Assembly (NCBI RefSeq): GCF_022045235.1
Contig: NW_027266297.1
Span: forward strand, 66,588,001 to 66,652,000
DNA from: Haliotis cracherodii
Lineage: Eukaryota
Direction: 5' to 3'
Length of the DNA stretch: 64,000 bases
In this document: positions 62,314 through 64,000 of the stretch, piece after piece
Numbering within the stretch: position 1 is the stretch's first letter
How the letters are laid out: each line of letters starts with the position of its first letter
Position numbers and translations under genes: made by a program
The notes under the pieces: generated by a model
Seen by the model: the letters and a program-made list of their open reading frames with translations, nothing else
The model's database searches: none
What the model was told of the DNA's origin: nothing

Positions 62314-63794
62314 GTGAGTTAAGCAACGTACGTTCTCTGGAGAAGACTAGTTCGTGCAGGTTGAGGTTCCCTGTCGGTAAATTAGATTAATCGCGGTCGT
62401 CATGCATGAACACGTTTATCACAGGGCATGGGAATATTTCCTGTAATTTTCAACCTTTCACGCCTGAATGAAAAACGTCTTATTGCAAACGATCAATGAA
62501 CGTTAAATTGGACCGTAATATTTTCGGTTGACGTGTTACAAGATGCTTTGTGTTATGGGTCTCCGAATAAGGATTATCTTGTATATGTAAACTTGTGTCT
62601 CAATCATGTTTCCGCCCAGGTGAGTTCTAGCATGGGCTGGTGCCCTCCCCGTATCACAAATAGATCGAAGCACCATGCTTGTCGAATTTCATAATATTTT
62701 AATGAAGTTTTTCAACAGTCGTAGAACCAGATGGCTTGTGAAGCAGATCCTTGTAATCTTTGTTCTAAAAATATAGCCCTGGTGTAGAGATCATCAAGCT
62801 GTCCTCAGCCCGTCTCTTTCAATTAAATCATTACATTGTGTGTTTTATATTTAATGACGAAATAGTACACTAGTACATAATATAGTACGAAAATCAGCTC
62901 AATTTTCTATTTTAAGGAGTAATGAAAACGTCTTTATACATTTACCAGTGGTATACCATGTAAACCCTCGTGAATCCGGACGATACACGTCTCAGTCTCA
63001 ATGTCCAGTTTAACAAGTGTCCGGTTTAACGTGTTATTGTTATTGTTACGGAGTTATATCGTTTTATATATGAAGATATTCCTGATAATAACCGTCCGGA
63101 AAACAGTTTTTTCATTATAAGGGTATCCGGGCTAATGGGTGTCACTGTATTCGAGAGGGGCTCTGTTCCCCTGTCATATAGCTGATTACTTTGAGCGACG
63201 AGTCGACATACAGAGTTCTATTGGACAGTAATGTTGACGGGATCTTACATAAGCACATGACTCAGACTTGACATCCACCTGAGTACGGACTAAAACGCGC
63301 GAGTTGTGTTGCCTCACTAAATGTCATGTTTGTTGTTGCCAGTGTTAAAATACGAAGCTGTGTTTACAGCCCATTTACTCTCGCACGTTAGCTAATGTCA
63401 CCCGACAGCTCGGCATGCTGGACTGAATACATTTTAAAGATTTTTCGTGATGTGAACACAAATAGATTATGAAACATATTTTTACAACCCATCAATTGTC
63501 TGGCGATATCTGGAACAGGTATTGTCTCCCTCTAGAAAATCAATTTTCCTTTAGCTCCGGAAATACACAGTAAGGTCCTTATGACATTTACAAATATTGT
63601 AGATAATACGAATATTGTAGATATCATTATTATATATTAGATATCATTATTATATTATAGATATCGTTATTATGTTATATTATACATATCATTATTATAT
63701 TATAGATATCGTTATTTTGTTGTATTATAGATATCTTATTATATCATAGATATCATTATTATATTATACATTATGACATAATATTTTTATAGTA

Positions 63795-63995
63795 TGTTTG
63801 TTTGTTTGTTTGTTTGTCGTTCAACGCCGCACTCAGCAATATTCAAGCTACCTGACGGCGGTCTGTAAATAATCGAGTCTAAACCATACAATCCAGTGAT
63901 TGATATCATGAGCAACGATCAAACACTTGGAATACGATGACATGCATCAATCAATTCAGCGAGCCCGACCACCCGAACCCGTTAGTCGCCTCTTA
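63795..63995 (-). mobile_element. Family C copy, preceded by an AT-rich degenerate repeat at about 63615-63790
   Basis: (AAAC)n tail and body match. Confidence 0.85.
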
Positions 63996-64000
63996 TTTTT

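Overview
Eukaryotic (animal) scaffold sequence with four N gaps. The SINE complement suggests a gastropod mollusc, possibly abalone; this is inference, not a database result. The genic content is a tandem tetraspanin cluster on the + strand. It comprises (1) a complete 9-coding-exon gene at 23295-44661 (245 aa, four hydrophobic segments, CCG and PxSC motifs), (2) a decayed paralog at about 56983-58968 whose exons 7 and 8 match gene 1 codon-for-codon once its lesions are corrected, whose exon 9 remnant is intact, and whose exon 6 has been amplified into a 66-bp minisatellite, and (3) exon 1 of another paralog at 62257. The rest is a dense mosaic of SINEs (three abundant families sharing one 3' tail), MITEs, Tc1/mariner and LINE remnants, and about ten minisatellites. 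The most intriguing non-genic signals are a TSD-flanked 330-bp insertion built only of hammerhead-ribozyme-like repeats in intron 4, and an abundant non-tRNA short retroposon whose head shows covariation-supported stem/pseudoknot structure (candidate ribozyme). Nearly all long ORFs in the supplied track are tandem-repeat artefacts.
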